In this document: positions 50,855 through 61,199 of the stretch, piece by piece
Position numbering within the stretch: position 1 is the first letter of the stretch
Layout: each line of letters opens with the position of its first letter
NCBI GenBank assembly: GCA_964187785.1
Contig: OZ076409.1
Span: 82,152,001 to 82,216,000, forward strand
Direction: 5' to 3'
From: Amphiscolops sp. MND2022
Lineage: Eukaryota
DNA: 64,000 nt
Position numbers and translations under genes: made by a program
The notes under the pieces: model-generated
Databases searched by the model: none
Told to the model about the DNA's origin: nothing
What the model saw: only the letters and a program-made list of their open reading frames with translations

Positions 50855-51319
50855 ATGAGTGGTTCATTCCACAAACAAAACCCATTAAACAATTATTACC
50901 GTGGTCCCGTTAGACAAAGAGGAAGTGGCATTGGTTCTTTAGCCATCAAAGTTGCACGTCATGCACCACCACTTTTGTCCAAGTACGTTTTGCCCTCTGC
51001 CAAAAGAGTGGGAAAAGATTTTGCTTTAAATTTGTTGCCCGAAGTATTGGATGTTGTCGCTGGTCGTGGTGGTGAACCAGCAACAACTTCAAGCATTAAA
51101 AAGGCAGTAAAGCGTGCAGCAGGGAAAACAGTAGAGAAACAACTGGGCACTGGTGCAGCAAAAAAGAAAAGACGACGACAGTCAGTTGGAAAGAGTTCCA
51201 AGACCAAAAACAGTCGCACAGCAAAAAAGGGCCGCAAAAAATCATCAGGAGGCAAAACAACAACAACGAAAAAGACTCAAAAACGCAAAAAGATTGACAT
51301 TTTCCAAAACTTGCCTTGA
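50855..51319 (+). CDS. Basic core/DNA-condensing protein (adenovirus pVII-like role inferred)
   Basis: YYRGPVRQRGSGIGS N-terminus and a very Lys/Arg-rich C-terminus, directly upstream of the MCP. Confidence 0.75.
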   Translation: MSGSFHKQNPLNNYYRGPVRQRGSGIGSLAIKVARHAPPLLSKYVLPSAKRVGKDFALNLLPEVLDVVAGRGGEPATTSSIKKAVKRAAGKTVEKQLGTGAAKKKRRRQSVGKSSKTKNSRTAKKGRKKSSGGKTTTTKKTQKRKKIDIFQNLP

Positions 51320-51352
51320 CGGTCAATAACATTTGTCCGTATTCTCAAAACA

Positions 51353-52654
51353 ATGACAACGACGACGGCGGCGCACATAATACCTAAACCGGCAACCCAC
51401 TCTAGTCTGGACATTTTTTCTAAGCCAGAATTGCTTGTGTCTTTTGACAATTCTTTTGAACAAGAAACGTTGCCAGTCACCGCACACGATGCACCAGTTT
51501 CTGAGTTTGTACTCACAACTGATCGAAACATTTACTTGGATTTGCAAAGCGTCGAATTGAAGTTGGAGGCAAAAATTGGAAAGGGCGCCAATGGCAATAC
51601 TAATTTGGAGACGGAGTTGGCTGGAGGCAACACTGTAGCTAAAGCAACCGACATAGTCAGCTTCATCAACAACACTCTACACTCCTTCTTTTCCAATTGT
51701 GACATTTTAATAAACAATGAAATTGTACGCACGTCCAACAATTTGTATGCACAGAGAGCATTTGTTGAAACGGAACTGTCCCACACACAGGGCTGTGCCA
51801 CAACAAAGCTCATTACGCAAGGCTACAACTTTGAGCCCGCCACCGGTGATATGCTTGCCCACCGAGAAACATGGACTTTAGGCTCCGCTTCAAAGACTTT
51901 TTATGGAAAACTGGCGGTGGATTTCCTGGCTTGTGATCAACTTCTCATTCCCAATTGTTCTATGCGAATTCGACTGACACGAAACAAGCCCGAATACTTG
52001 CTGCAAAGTGCTGTCACCAACCCTGCCTTCACCCCAAAAATTGAACGAGTGTCAATTTTTGCTCGTTACTACACTGTTGCAGAAAACTATCACGTCAATT
52101 TACAACGATCTCTACTCAAGTGGCCTGCTAGATACAACTATTTTGAAGTACGCAGCAAGACATTTGTGATTCCAAGGGAACAAAGTCACTTTATTCGTGA
52201 AGACATTTTCAATGCAGAACCCATTAGACGCATGGTACTAGTCATGTGTCCCCACAATCACTTTACTGGACGTTGGACAGACACTCCGCTCGCATTCCAC
52301 AAACACACTTTGAAGAAAGTGCGAGTATTGCGGAATGGTGTACCAGTGGTGGAATATAGCACAAGTTCCAACACTCAACTGTACTTTAAGACTATTCAAA
52401 ACCTCCATTTTGATCAAGACGGTCCCTTAATCAAGTTGGACAATTATGAAAATCACTACTATCTAGTTTTCGACCTTACCTCCGCACAACAGTGCAATCA
52501 AGAAATTTAATACCCCGAAATTGTGGGAGCACCAATACGGATCGAGCTCGAATTTTCGACCAACACTAGCACGCCTTTGGAACTGTTTGTGCTGGGAGAA
52601 CGATTTACCACAGTTCAAATTGATCATACAGGCAAAGTGTTGAAACATGGATAG
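51353..52654 (+). pseudogene. Double jelly-roll major capsid protein; single premature stop at 52508-52510
   Basis: SSLDIFS, YLDL, NNTLHSFFS, SNNLYAQRAFVE and YLVFDLT motifs; the frame continues 47 codons past the TAA (IRIELEF...QIDHTGKV). Confidence 0.9.
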
Positions 52655-53072
52655 TGCAGCCTTGCTACAAGTTCTTTCCAAAATTCCCGCACTAAAATAT
52701 CGATACTTGGGTTGCTTCGACCCCAATACTTTCACTTTCCCAATGCCAATAGACTCTTTTCAAATTGTAAACACCACTACAGACGTTGAGGGACATTGGA
52801 TAACGTTGATCCGCTTATCCAACGGTTTTCACTATTTTGGAGATTCCCTGAAAGCAACAAGTTTGAATCAGTACCCAATGTTGTTTACCCGACTGCCAGA
52901 ACAGAAGACAACAACAACAACAACATTATTTCTACCTTTGAACACTTCAATAAAGCAGGTCGATTCCTTGTGTGGTCACTATTGTATTTATTTTGCATGG
53001 AACTTGTTCGATAATACACCTAAAGTAACGAATGATTTTAAATTGTATCAATTGTTTTGTTATCTTTTATAG
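52647..53072 (+). CDS. Adenain-like cysteine maturation protease
   Basis: VNT...GHW (His), YFGDS (Asp) and Q..SLCGHYC (Gln/Cys) catalytic motifs; ORF intact. Confidence 0.92.
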   Translation: MDSAALLQVLSKIPALKYRYLGCFDPNTFTFPMPIDSFQIVNTTTDVEGHWITLIRLSNGFHYFGDSLKATSLNQYPMLFTRLPEQKTTTTTTLFLPLNTSIKQVDSLCGHYCIYFAWNLFDNTPKVTNDFKLYQLFCYLL

Positions 53073-53102
53073 AAAAAAAATGTTTGTAAAGAAAGTTTTT
53101 TT

Positions 53103-53935
53103 TCAATCAGTAATTGCAGGCACATGTTTTTTGCGAAAATGTAAACTTAAAATTACAATACCCAAACTGGTAAAGGGAAATAATTTTCCCTTCATATCTC
53201 GAATCTCAATCTGTATACTATTGAAATTATCCAAACAAACATTTCGATACTGCAAATTGGAAAAGGATCGGCTGTCGTAAGGGTATATGACAATCAAATC
53301 CTCATTTTTCGTTCGTTGACGAAATGTGAAGGCACGTAAAAGTTGGTTCTTCACATTGCCCACGTTACTAAAGTCTACAATATCACTGTATACAAAAATT
53401 GTGTGAAAACGTGCAATATCACAAGGGTAGGGAGCAATGATTTGGTTGGCTTCACAGTACACAGCATCCGTTCCCAATCCCAAAACTTGAACCAAGTCAT
53501 TACTATGAATTTTGAAGTATACACGGCTCTGTTCTTCTGTTGTTCCTTCAAACGTGAATGAAAGGTTCAAAGTTTCCTCGTTGTAAGCAAAGGTCATTGT
53601 CCTCTCCATGTTTGTAAAAGTAGCAATTTGAGTATTCATTGCGTCAATAATTTGACCAATTTCTGTGTAACAACCCTTTGGAATGTTAAAAGTACGATAT
53701 TGATTCAAAAAGGGCACATCTGGATAACTATTTATAAGTTCCTTGCTGACAGTATCAGGTTTGTTTACAACAACACGATATCGTTGAAGAGTCGGTGTAG
53801 CAATATAGCTTAGTGTGAATTCACCGTCGGTTTTGACATTGGATTTGACATAACGTTTGAGAAAAATGCCAGAGTATTATTTGGATAAATGTCCAAACTT
53901 GCATTAGACAATTGATCAATATGAAAGGAAGTCAT
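53103..53935 (-). pseudogene. Minor capsid (penton, single jelly-roll) protein; 5' part frameshifted
   Basis: SNASLDIYPNNT N-terminus; IPKGCY, IFVYSDIV...VGNVKNQLLR, SIQIEIRD..GKLFPF...LHFRK. Confidence 0.85.
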
Positions 53936-53994
53936 TGTTTTAGGGAACTGGATAGGAAAAACAGAATTTGATTGAATGAGAGTCACTCACTCAT

Positions 53995-54636
53995 TCATTC
54001 ATCTTCACTGCTGCTGCTGGAGCCAATCATCAGCTTTACCCTCTTTAGTTTTTTCTTTTTTGGTTGGCGACAACATTTTTTGTCGTCCTCGACATCCGCC
54101 GATGCTGAAGTTTCTGCGTTGCTATCTGTATTCTCGGATATACACCAATAAGATCGTAAGGATTCTTCGTATTCTTGTGTTCCCAACTGATTCTCCGTAA
54201 TAGGCACTAGCGTGTTTTCCAAACGATTGAACTCTCTTCTCAATTCCAGACTCAAACAACCTGGATGTGTGCACTCCATTTCTTTCCAGTCATACGTTTC
54301 CAACATCAAATCAACAGAGTATTGACGGGGCAGTTGTGGCGGACTAGGAGCTGTCAAGTCGAAAACACTTTGGTCATCAGTGTCACTTTCTCCTTCTTCC
54401 TCTTGCTCGTCGTCGTCGTCGTTCGATCTGAGCATTTTTTTTGCCGTATCAACTGTAACTTGAGCACTAATTAAGTGCAATAAATGTAGCGGTAGGAGAA
54501 AAGACTCAACAATTTTCCATTCATCATTTGTTGCTGAGTTTTTCACTTCCTTTATTAGGATTGCCGACGCTCCGAAATGTGTCTTGTAGGCATATATACG
54601 TTCGACGTCATTACGTTGTGTGAATATGTAAATCAT
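53995..54636 (-). CDS. Polinton accessory protein, unknown function (acidic stretch, basic NLS-like C-terminus)
   Basis: Open 213-codon frame from ATG 54636; DDDDEQEEEGES stretch and PKKKKLKR. Confidence 0.65.
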   Translation of the reverse strand: MIYIFTQRNDVERIYAYKTHFGASAILIKEVKNSATNDEWKIVESFLLPLHLLHLISAQVTVDTAKKMLRSNDDDDEQEEEGESDTDDQSVFDLTAPSPPQLPRQYSVDLMLETYDWKEMECTHPGCLSLELRREFNRLENTLVPITENQLGTQEYEESLRSYWCISENTDSNAETSASADVEDDKKCCRQPKKKKLKRVKLMIGSSSSSEDE

Positions 54637-55476
54637 TGTTTGCAACAACAACAAAATTATTCTGAAAACAAAAATGTTAAACTACTGCAAAAAAAACAAT
54701 CATTTTGACTGTTGAAGGAGCTTCAGCAGTGACCAACAGAGTGGATGAGAGCCGCTTGCTTGTAGCGTGTTTTCAATTGATGGGAAAACAGTTTATAAAA
54801 ATTATACATTCTAATGCAAAAATTTTTCGCAGTGTGGAAAAAGGGCAGAATTTGCTATGTTATGTTGATCATTGTGAATCTGCTATAGTTGTCGGATGGT
54901 AAACAAGAGCTACTCTAACTGCTATTCTCAGTCAATAAAGATGAAAACAAAAACAATTTTTTGAAAAAAAATTCACATGAAAATATTGAGTGAACCCTAG
55001 ACATGGGCACATCAAATTCGTCTAATTTTTCGTCCCAAATCTAAATTTTGCATCAAAACGGCGTTTCTTGTAAAACTGGAGTTTTTCAAAAATTTTGCCC
55101 CATGGGGGGATTTTTTCCCTTTCGGAAAATAATTTTTCAAGAGCTTTTTTTCCCGTCTTTCCAATGATATATATCACGATTCGTGTTCATGATAGTCATT
55201 GACAAGTGAAATTTCGAGTTTTAAAATTGAAAAAAAAATGACTGAAACTAAGTTTTTCCGTGAGTCAAGACCATGCATTCATGGTTAAATTTTAATTCCA
55301 ACCAGAACATGACATTAAAACCGCATTTCAGAATTTTTCATTTTTCTCCATGATGAGGGGTCGTTGACGTTCCAGTTTTAACGTTAAACAAAGTAGTAAT
55401 TGATTATATACAAAACTAGATTCAAATTCATAAACTGAGTCTCGAAGAATGTTAGATGAAAACTACAACTTAGCTA

Positions 55477-56185
55477 TTAGTTGTTTTTGGGAGACGCCAA
55501 TTGAAGAACATCGAGCAAAGTTCGTTCCAAAAACTGCTCAGTGTAGTGAAATTGGTCAGTGATGTCGACACCTCTGGTACGCATCTTGTGCACGTTCAAA
55601 GATTTGCACTTTTCGAGCTGTTTCTGCAAAACTTTATCGACCCTTTTTTTTCGCATTGGGAAGAAGTTGATTACGTCTCGCCAGCCCAATAACTAGTTTG
55701 ACACCTTTCGTTTTGCAAACTCTGTTCCAGAGCATTAGTTTTTCCGTAAGGTCTTTAGGTGACAGTGTTGAAACACTTTTGTTCCCTTAAACACATTGTT
55801 TCCCAATCAACTATCTTTTTTATTCGCAAAAAAACTCAATTTTGTTGCTACGGGGCAACAGGGTTAGGGTTAGGGTTAGGGTTAGGGTTAGGGTCTGAAA
55901 AAAAACAAAAGAGTACAACTAACTTGGTGGCATTGTGAGCGAATTGTAGAGAATGTCGGGAAAGATAAAGACGAACTGACGCCCTGGTCGAGAAAGGGCT
56001 CGAAACAACAAGGAGTCAAGTGTAGGTTTTAAAAAGTTTTGTTTAGAAGAGGAGGAGGAGGAGGAGGAGTATTCATGACGACCGCCACTTTCGGCGAGAA
56101 TTTGAATATGTTTATAATGAGATGAATCCTTAATGATTCTACAAAGAATTGAAGCACCAATAACAATCGCGTGCTTTTTTTCCAT
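55477..56185 (-). pseudogene. SGNH/GDSL hydrolase-like Polinton gene, interrupted
   Basis: AIVIGASI (block I-like), ESGG (II), DILYN (III) and DQFHY (V, DxxH) spread over three frames. Confidence 0.5.
55861..55893 (+). repeat. Telomere-type (TTAGGG)5 tract
   Basis: gggTTAGGGTTAGGGTTAGGGTTAGGGTTAGGG read directly from the sequence. Confidence 0.95.
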
Positions 56186-56297
56186 GAAACCTGAAAACAG
56201 ATGATGTGTTATTTCAGAGTCAGAGCTGAATAGTTTTGGTACTAGAACAAATCGTGCAAGCACAGATAAAAACAAAAAAAACATGCAGATATTTTAA

Positions 56298-57103
56298 TTA
56301 AATTTTGTTCTTATTGCAATATACTTTATATGATTTATGTACAAGTTTTCGGAGAGCCTGGAGGATACCCGCATCGAGGGTACCCTTCCTCCAGGCTCCC
56401 AAGCACGCAAGAACCAGCCCGTGCTGGTGTTTACGTATTTGCCAAAAGGCAAACACATCCAGCACGGGCTCCATGTTGACGATATTAATGTAGGCTTGTA
56501 TCCCCTGCAGCAAAACACAGTGTATTGGTTTTCGTTTCTGAGTGTTTCTTCAGAGAAGTTTTGCAATTAAAAATGTAAAAGATTGAACCTACCTCTTCTC
56601 CGCAGATCATTAACAAGGTGTTTAAAGTTTCGTCGGACACCTCCAGGACACATGATGTCCTGGGTTTATTATTTACAAGGCCCCACGCAAAGTGGTCAAT
56701 CGCATATATTTCCGTCCAGGAAAGCATTGCAAATATTGGTTTTCGAAACAACTTTTCTATAAATTATTGAGTAAGGAATGATTTTTTTGAGCTCGTCAGG
56801 ATCTACCACTTTTCCAAGCCTCAAAGCACCTCCTTCGGTTTTTTCCAGTTTCACTTTTATCTGGGAAACAGCGAAGATTTCAACCCAGACACAATTTCCA
56901 TATCCAATCATTTGGAAACTCGGATAAATAACCACTTTCATTTTTAGGGCGCATAAGACCCGGATCAGAGGCTCCGCTATCTTTTGAACCTGTTTTCAAA
57001 GTGTTGCAGGGTCCACCTTAATTCCTTTGAAATTCGGAACCCACCAAATTTGAGTTGCCAAGTGATGAATCAAAGAAAAGACCGACACTCTGTTAATTGG
57101 CAT
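56298..57103 (-). pseudogene. Polinton accessory gene with one intron (56592-56505); one stop and one frameshift
   Basis: MPINRVSV...PATL*KQVQK... continues in frame into ORF 56696-56941, shifts to ORF 56485-56751, then GAG|GTAGGT...GCTGCAG|GGG joins ORF 56298-56513. Confidence 0.55.
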
Positions 57104-57699
57104 TGTTTTTTTTTCAGTTATAATTAACAAAAAAATGTTGCCTTCACAATTCCAAAACAAATTAGAAGGCATTTTGATTGCTTTTGTTTCCAAAAATTTA
57201 GCATTTTTTCCCGAAATTTTCATGTTTTTTTCAGACATTTTAGGTCATTTTGTCCTTTTACAGAATGTGAAAATTCGGTGTAAAAAGAAACTGGGATGAT
57301 TTCCATATGCTTGCTGGATTAGGTAATGATTGTTTCCATTACGCAAATGAAGGCAATATCAGGGAAATTTGTTCCACAGCAATCACGCTTCAAAAGAAAG
57401 GTAATATAATCTAAGAGCACATTCATTTCAAAGTTGCTAGATTAAAAGACTTTTTATTGATTCCATTTCCTTTCATCCCATCTGCGTTCCTTTTCCATTT
57501 CTAACAAGCCACTCCTTCCATTTTTATTACTTTCCAGCACGCCAAGGTAAGGAACTTTGCCTGAAATACGAACAAAAAATTTTCGGGCCTGTTTTTTTTT
57601 GTTTTCGGATTTTGTTCGGCTCTCGGTGAGTATTTTCATATTCGGATACGTCATGTTCGTATCCCAATTATTACGTAACGTTTCAGAAAGTTTTGTTGT

Positions 57700-57762
57700 C
57701 CATATTTGGTTACTCACTCAACCCCCTCCCCCCCACCTATAATGCCACGTGCTTCTACTACT
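57700..57762 (-). repeat. Polinton right TIR
   Basis: Ends ...GCCACGTGCTTCTACTACT, followed by TSD GATCAT. Confidence 0.95.
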
Positions 57763-60106
57763 GATCATCTTGAAACATTCAGTTCGTCTTTCCAGTCCCT
57801 TAAATTCATTAGTAAAATACAATACTGTAAGAAAAATTGAACCGTTATTTGTAAGAAATGATTTGGAGGACTGCATGTAAACCAGGCTAGCGTTTTAAAT
57901 GGTGATTTCTTTCAATCTTTATTTTACTCACGAAATTAAGCGACTGGAAAGACAAATCGAATGTTTAAGATAATGGGTACAATCGCCTTAATTAGCAGAT
58001 TCTCCTGAGAATAATTTCTATTAAAATTGAGATTTTCAATTAAAATTCTGAGATTTAACAATAAAAAATGTACCACCAAAAACATAATCCCCAAATTTTG
58101 CGAAAAACAGCTGTGTCCCACGTATTAAGATAGTAAATAAAATAAAATAATGGAAAACCCCTTTCAAAAACTACAATGTACCAATTATCTTGATGTAAAA
58201 TAGTTGAATGGCTTCAACAACTGAAGAAGTACCTGCCAAATGAACAAAATTTCCAAATAAGGTGTCAAATGTTACAAAATTTTCCAAAATGATGTCCCAT
58301 ATGCCAATTCAGTAGTTCATACAATCAATGAAAAATGAAATTGGGAAGTTTCTTTATTGTTTGCAAACCTACATTTCAAGTGCCCAAGAATGTTTGTTTA
58401 TAACTTGGATGATAGCAGAATCAGAGCTAATTTTGTTTTGGTAAAATTCTTTTTCTTTTACAAATAAAGGTTCAGTTTCTTTCTTACACTATTGAAGAGA
58501 ATGAAAGAAGTCCCCATGTAAAATGCTAGCTTTGCTTTCATGCAGTCCAAATTATTTCTTACAAACAAGGGCTCAGTTCTTTTATTACACTATTGTATTC
58601 ATTTAGGCTGTCAAAAACATGATTCTAGCAAAGTGATTAGCTATAAAATAGGGCTTTTTCGTTTTGAGACAATTCACAATAATTTTGCTTTTTGCAGAAG
58701 CAATTAATGTTGAATTCCGTTCAAAAAAAAGTTCTTAAAAGAAGGAATGTTTTTCTAGCCTAGTAGTGCCAAAAAACGTGAAAAGGTTCGCAGCATATTC
58801 TCTAAATATGTTCACTTTGACAACGTGAATAACGCGAATTCTATCCAGCGATTCCAATGATTCGACGGTTTTTCATCTTGAATCACGGACAAAACATTTG
58901 GTTTAATTTAATTTTCAGTATTAAAATACACCTGTTTCTGCTCTACTAGCTAAGAATGTGTGAAATTCATGTTTACCAAGTTCAATGTCAAACTTCAAAA
59001 ACTAAGAATGTCGGTTTGTTCCACCACAGGCTGCAAGTGAGGGGTCAATTGTATGTCCTTTTACAGATCATTGATCTTCCACATTTCTAATTGAACTCAT
59101 TATTGCCAGCTGCTTCATTTCAAACTCATTCAACAACTTATATCGGCATCTTACGCAAGGAACCAATCATACGAAATTCACAAAGGGGTCAAAATTGAAC
59201 CTTTCCCAACTTCAAAACGAACGAAAACACCTGAATGGAGTAATAAAAAGTCTTTCCAGTTTCTTTGACTTGAGAGTTTGAAAGGTATCACTTGACAATT
59301 TTATTGCTTTGCGCAAAACTTCTGCTTCAAATTGAAGACTCCGTCAGCTTAGGGGTGTCGTTTTTTAATTCACTATTTGGCCTATCCTCAGGGCATATCA
59401 CAGAAGAAGTAAACCGCAATGAAAGTTAGAAGTTGAAAACTGCAAGTGAAATCAAACCTTACGGACATTTCATACAAGGCTGGTTTACTTCAAAGGGGGC
59501 GTTTCTTAGAAGTTGCAAATTACTTAATTTGAAAGAAGTGTCCTGTGAAAAGCCCAGTAGCATTGTCACCGTTGGCTCAAAACTTTCTGTACATTTTGGC
59601 ACTGACTTAAAATTCAAGAAATGAAGTTATCCGCAGGTGGCTACATTCATTTATGCAGAAAGTATTTCGGGTTATTTTTATCATTCCACAATTTGAAATC
59701 ATTCGAGTACCGCAACCTACTAGACCATCAAAAACATTAGGAGAATCATTCATGTGGTAAGGAAACACATTTCAAGTTCTGCGTCAAAGAGGAACGGAAA
59801 TGAAAAATAGGAACAAAAGTTAAGATGGCGGAGGAAGTTAGGCTTAGCAGAGGATTAACAAGACAAGAATATCTAAGGTCGGCGCCCCGCTTGAAGCTCA
59901 AAAAGCTGCACTTGATGCTCAAAAATATATATCTGTTTTAAAAAAGTTTGAAAAATCTTATAATGCTCAAAAACGGAACTCTTAAACACAAAATAGTGAA
60001 ATAGTTTTTTTACTTAAATATCCAATTACCGGTTGGGAGAATTCACTTTTGTGAATTTCAACATTTTTCTAAAAAAAGTTGTCCAATGCCAAAAAAGACA
60101 AAGGGA

Positions 60107-60914
60107 CCCATGTTGAGCTCTCCCTGCGAATCTGTACAGATCTGCACAGATCCTGACAGATATTCCAGGATTGTTCGAAAATTAAATAGTCATAAATTCA
60201 ATTTTCGAAAAAGAAGTTAGTTGGTTAAAAGTGCTCTACGAAAAAAAACACGCCTCTTATTTGAAGTTTTGAAAAAAGTTTCTGTGCGAATCTGTACAGA
60301 TCTGTACAGATCCTTGCAGATATTCCAGGATTTGTTAAAAATTAACCATACCAATAAATTACTATAACGTATTCCGAGTTTCCAGCAATTACTAAAACTA
60401 CTCCAGCAAACCATGTTCCCGGAATATTACAACCACAGCAATCTATCAACACCTCTACCAACCCAGTAGGTTGTCACATGTCAAATTTCATCCGTCAAAA
60501 CGAAGTCAATATGGCAAACGAGCCTCTCAAAGTTGAAAAACCACTTCTGGAAAGTTCAAGTGAAATGGATAAATTACAGTGTATAACCAACACCGAACAT
60601 TCCCCAGACACCAAAATTACCGTGATGCGGACAAGATTTCCTGCTCAAGAATTTTGAGTGATGGAGAGTTTCAACTGACTGAGCCTTGGTCAGCAAAAAC
60701 ATCTACTGAAGAAGCTAAAAAATGAAATGCATAGTTTCACTAGAAGGCGCGGAAACATTTTCCTGAGAAATCTGTACAGAAAATCTTTGAACATCTGTAA
60801 AGATCCTTGCAGATCTGCAGTTGTCCTTACGTAGCAGTGGCACGATCTTTACAGATCCTCAAGGAAAATTGGCTCACAGATCTTTACAGATTCTCAAGGA
60901 AAGCTCAACATGGG
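60107..60914. mobile_element. Non-autonomous DNA transposon with CCC...GGG ends and 2-bp TSD, nested in a dispersed repeat
   Basis: TIR CCCATGTTGAGCT / AGCTCAACATGGG, GA on both sides, subterminal tgtacagatc repeats. Confidence 0.8.
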
Positions 60915-61199
60915 GAGCCTTTTGTCATATACAGCTACTATACTTCCATTGAAAATGTCAAATAATCAAATGGAGTGTACCCTTTGGCCCCGTTGGGTAC
61001 CATTACAACATCGTCGAGAAAAACTTGTAAAAAGTAGACCATTCAGATGAATTTTGCCATCTGGTGAAAAACTAGTCACTGTATTAGTCGGGCAAATTTC
61101 TTACAAATTAGACGACTAAAACTAAGATGAAATTAGACATACTTAGTAATGCACGTAATTTGTACCACGTTGTTTGTATCACGGTTGTTTGTAGGTAGA

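Larger units (their letters stand above)
39723..57762. mobile_element. Polinton/Maverick (adintovirus-like) endogenous DNA virus, 18,040 bp
   Basis: TIRs starting AGTAGTAG, 6-bp TSD GATCAT (39717-39722, 57763-57768), and the full hallmark gene set (pPolB, ATPase, integrase, MCP, protease, penton). Confidence 0.97.
39205..58494. repeat. Old ~1.2-kb foldback element split by the Polinton insertion
   Basis: Left arm 39205-39722 plus 57769-~57860 is the diverged inverted copy of right arm ~57880-58494. Confidence 0.8.

Noticed and set aside
54900..55430. AT-rich non-coding block inside the Polinton as a secondary insertion
   Set aside because: No TIR or TSD could be identified.
55894..55922. 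29-nt mini-intron that would splice the SGNH-like ORF onto (CCCTAA)n, giving an Asn-Pro repeat tail
   Set aside because: Much shorter than the other introns, and the product stops before the DxxH motif.
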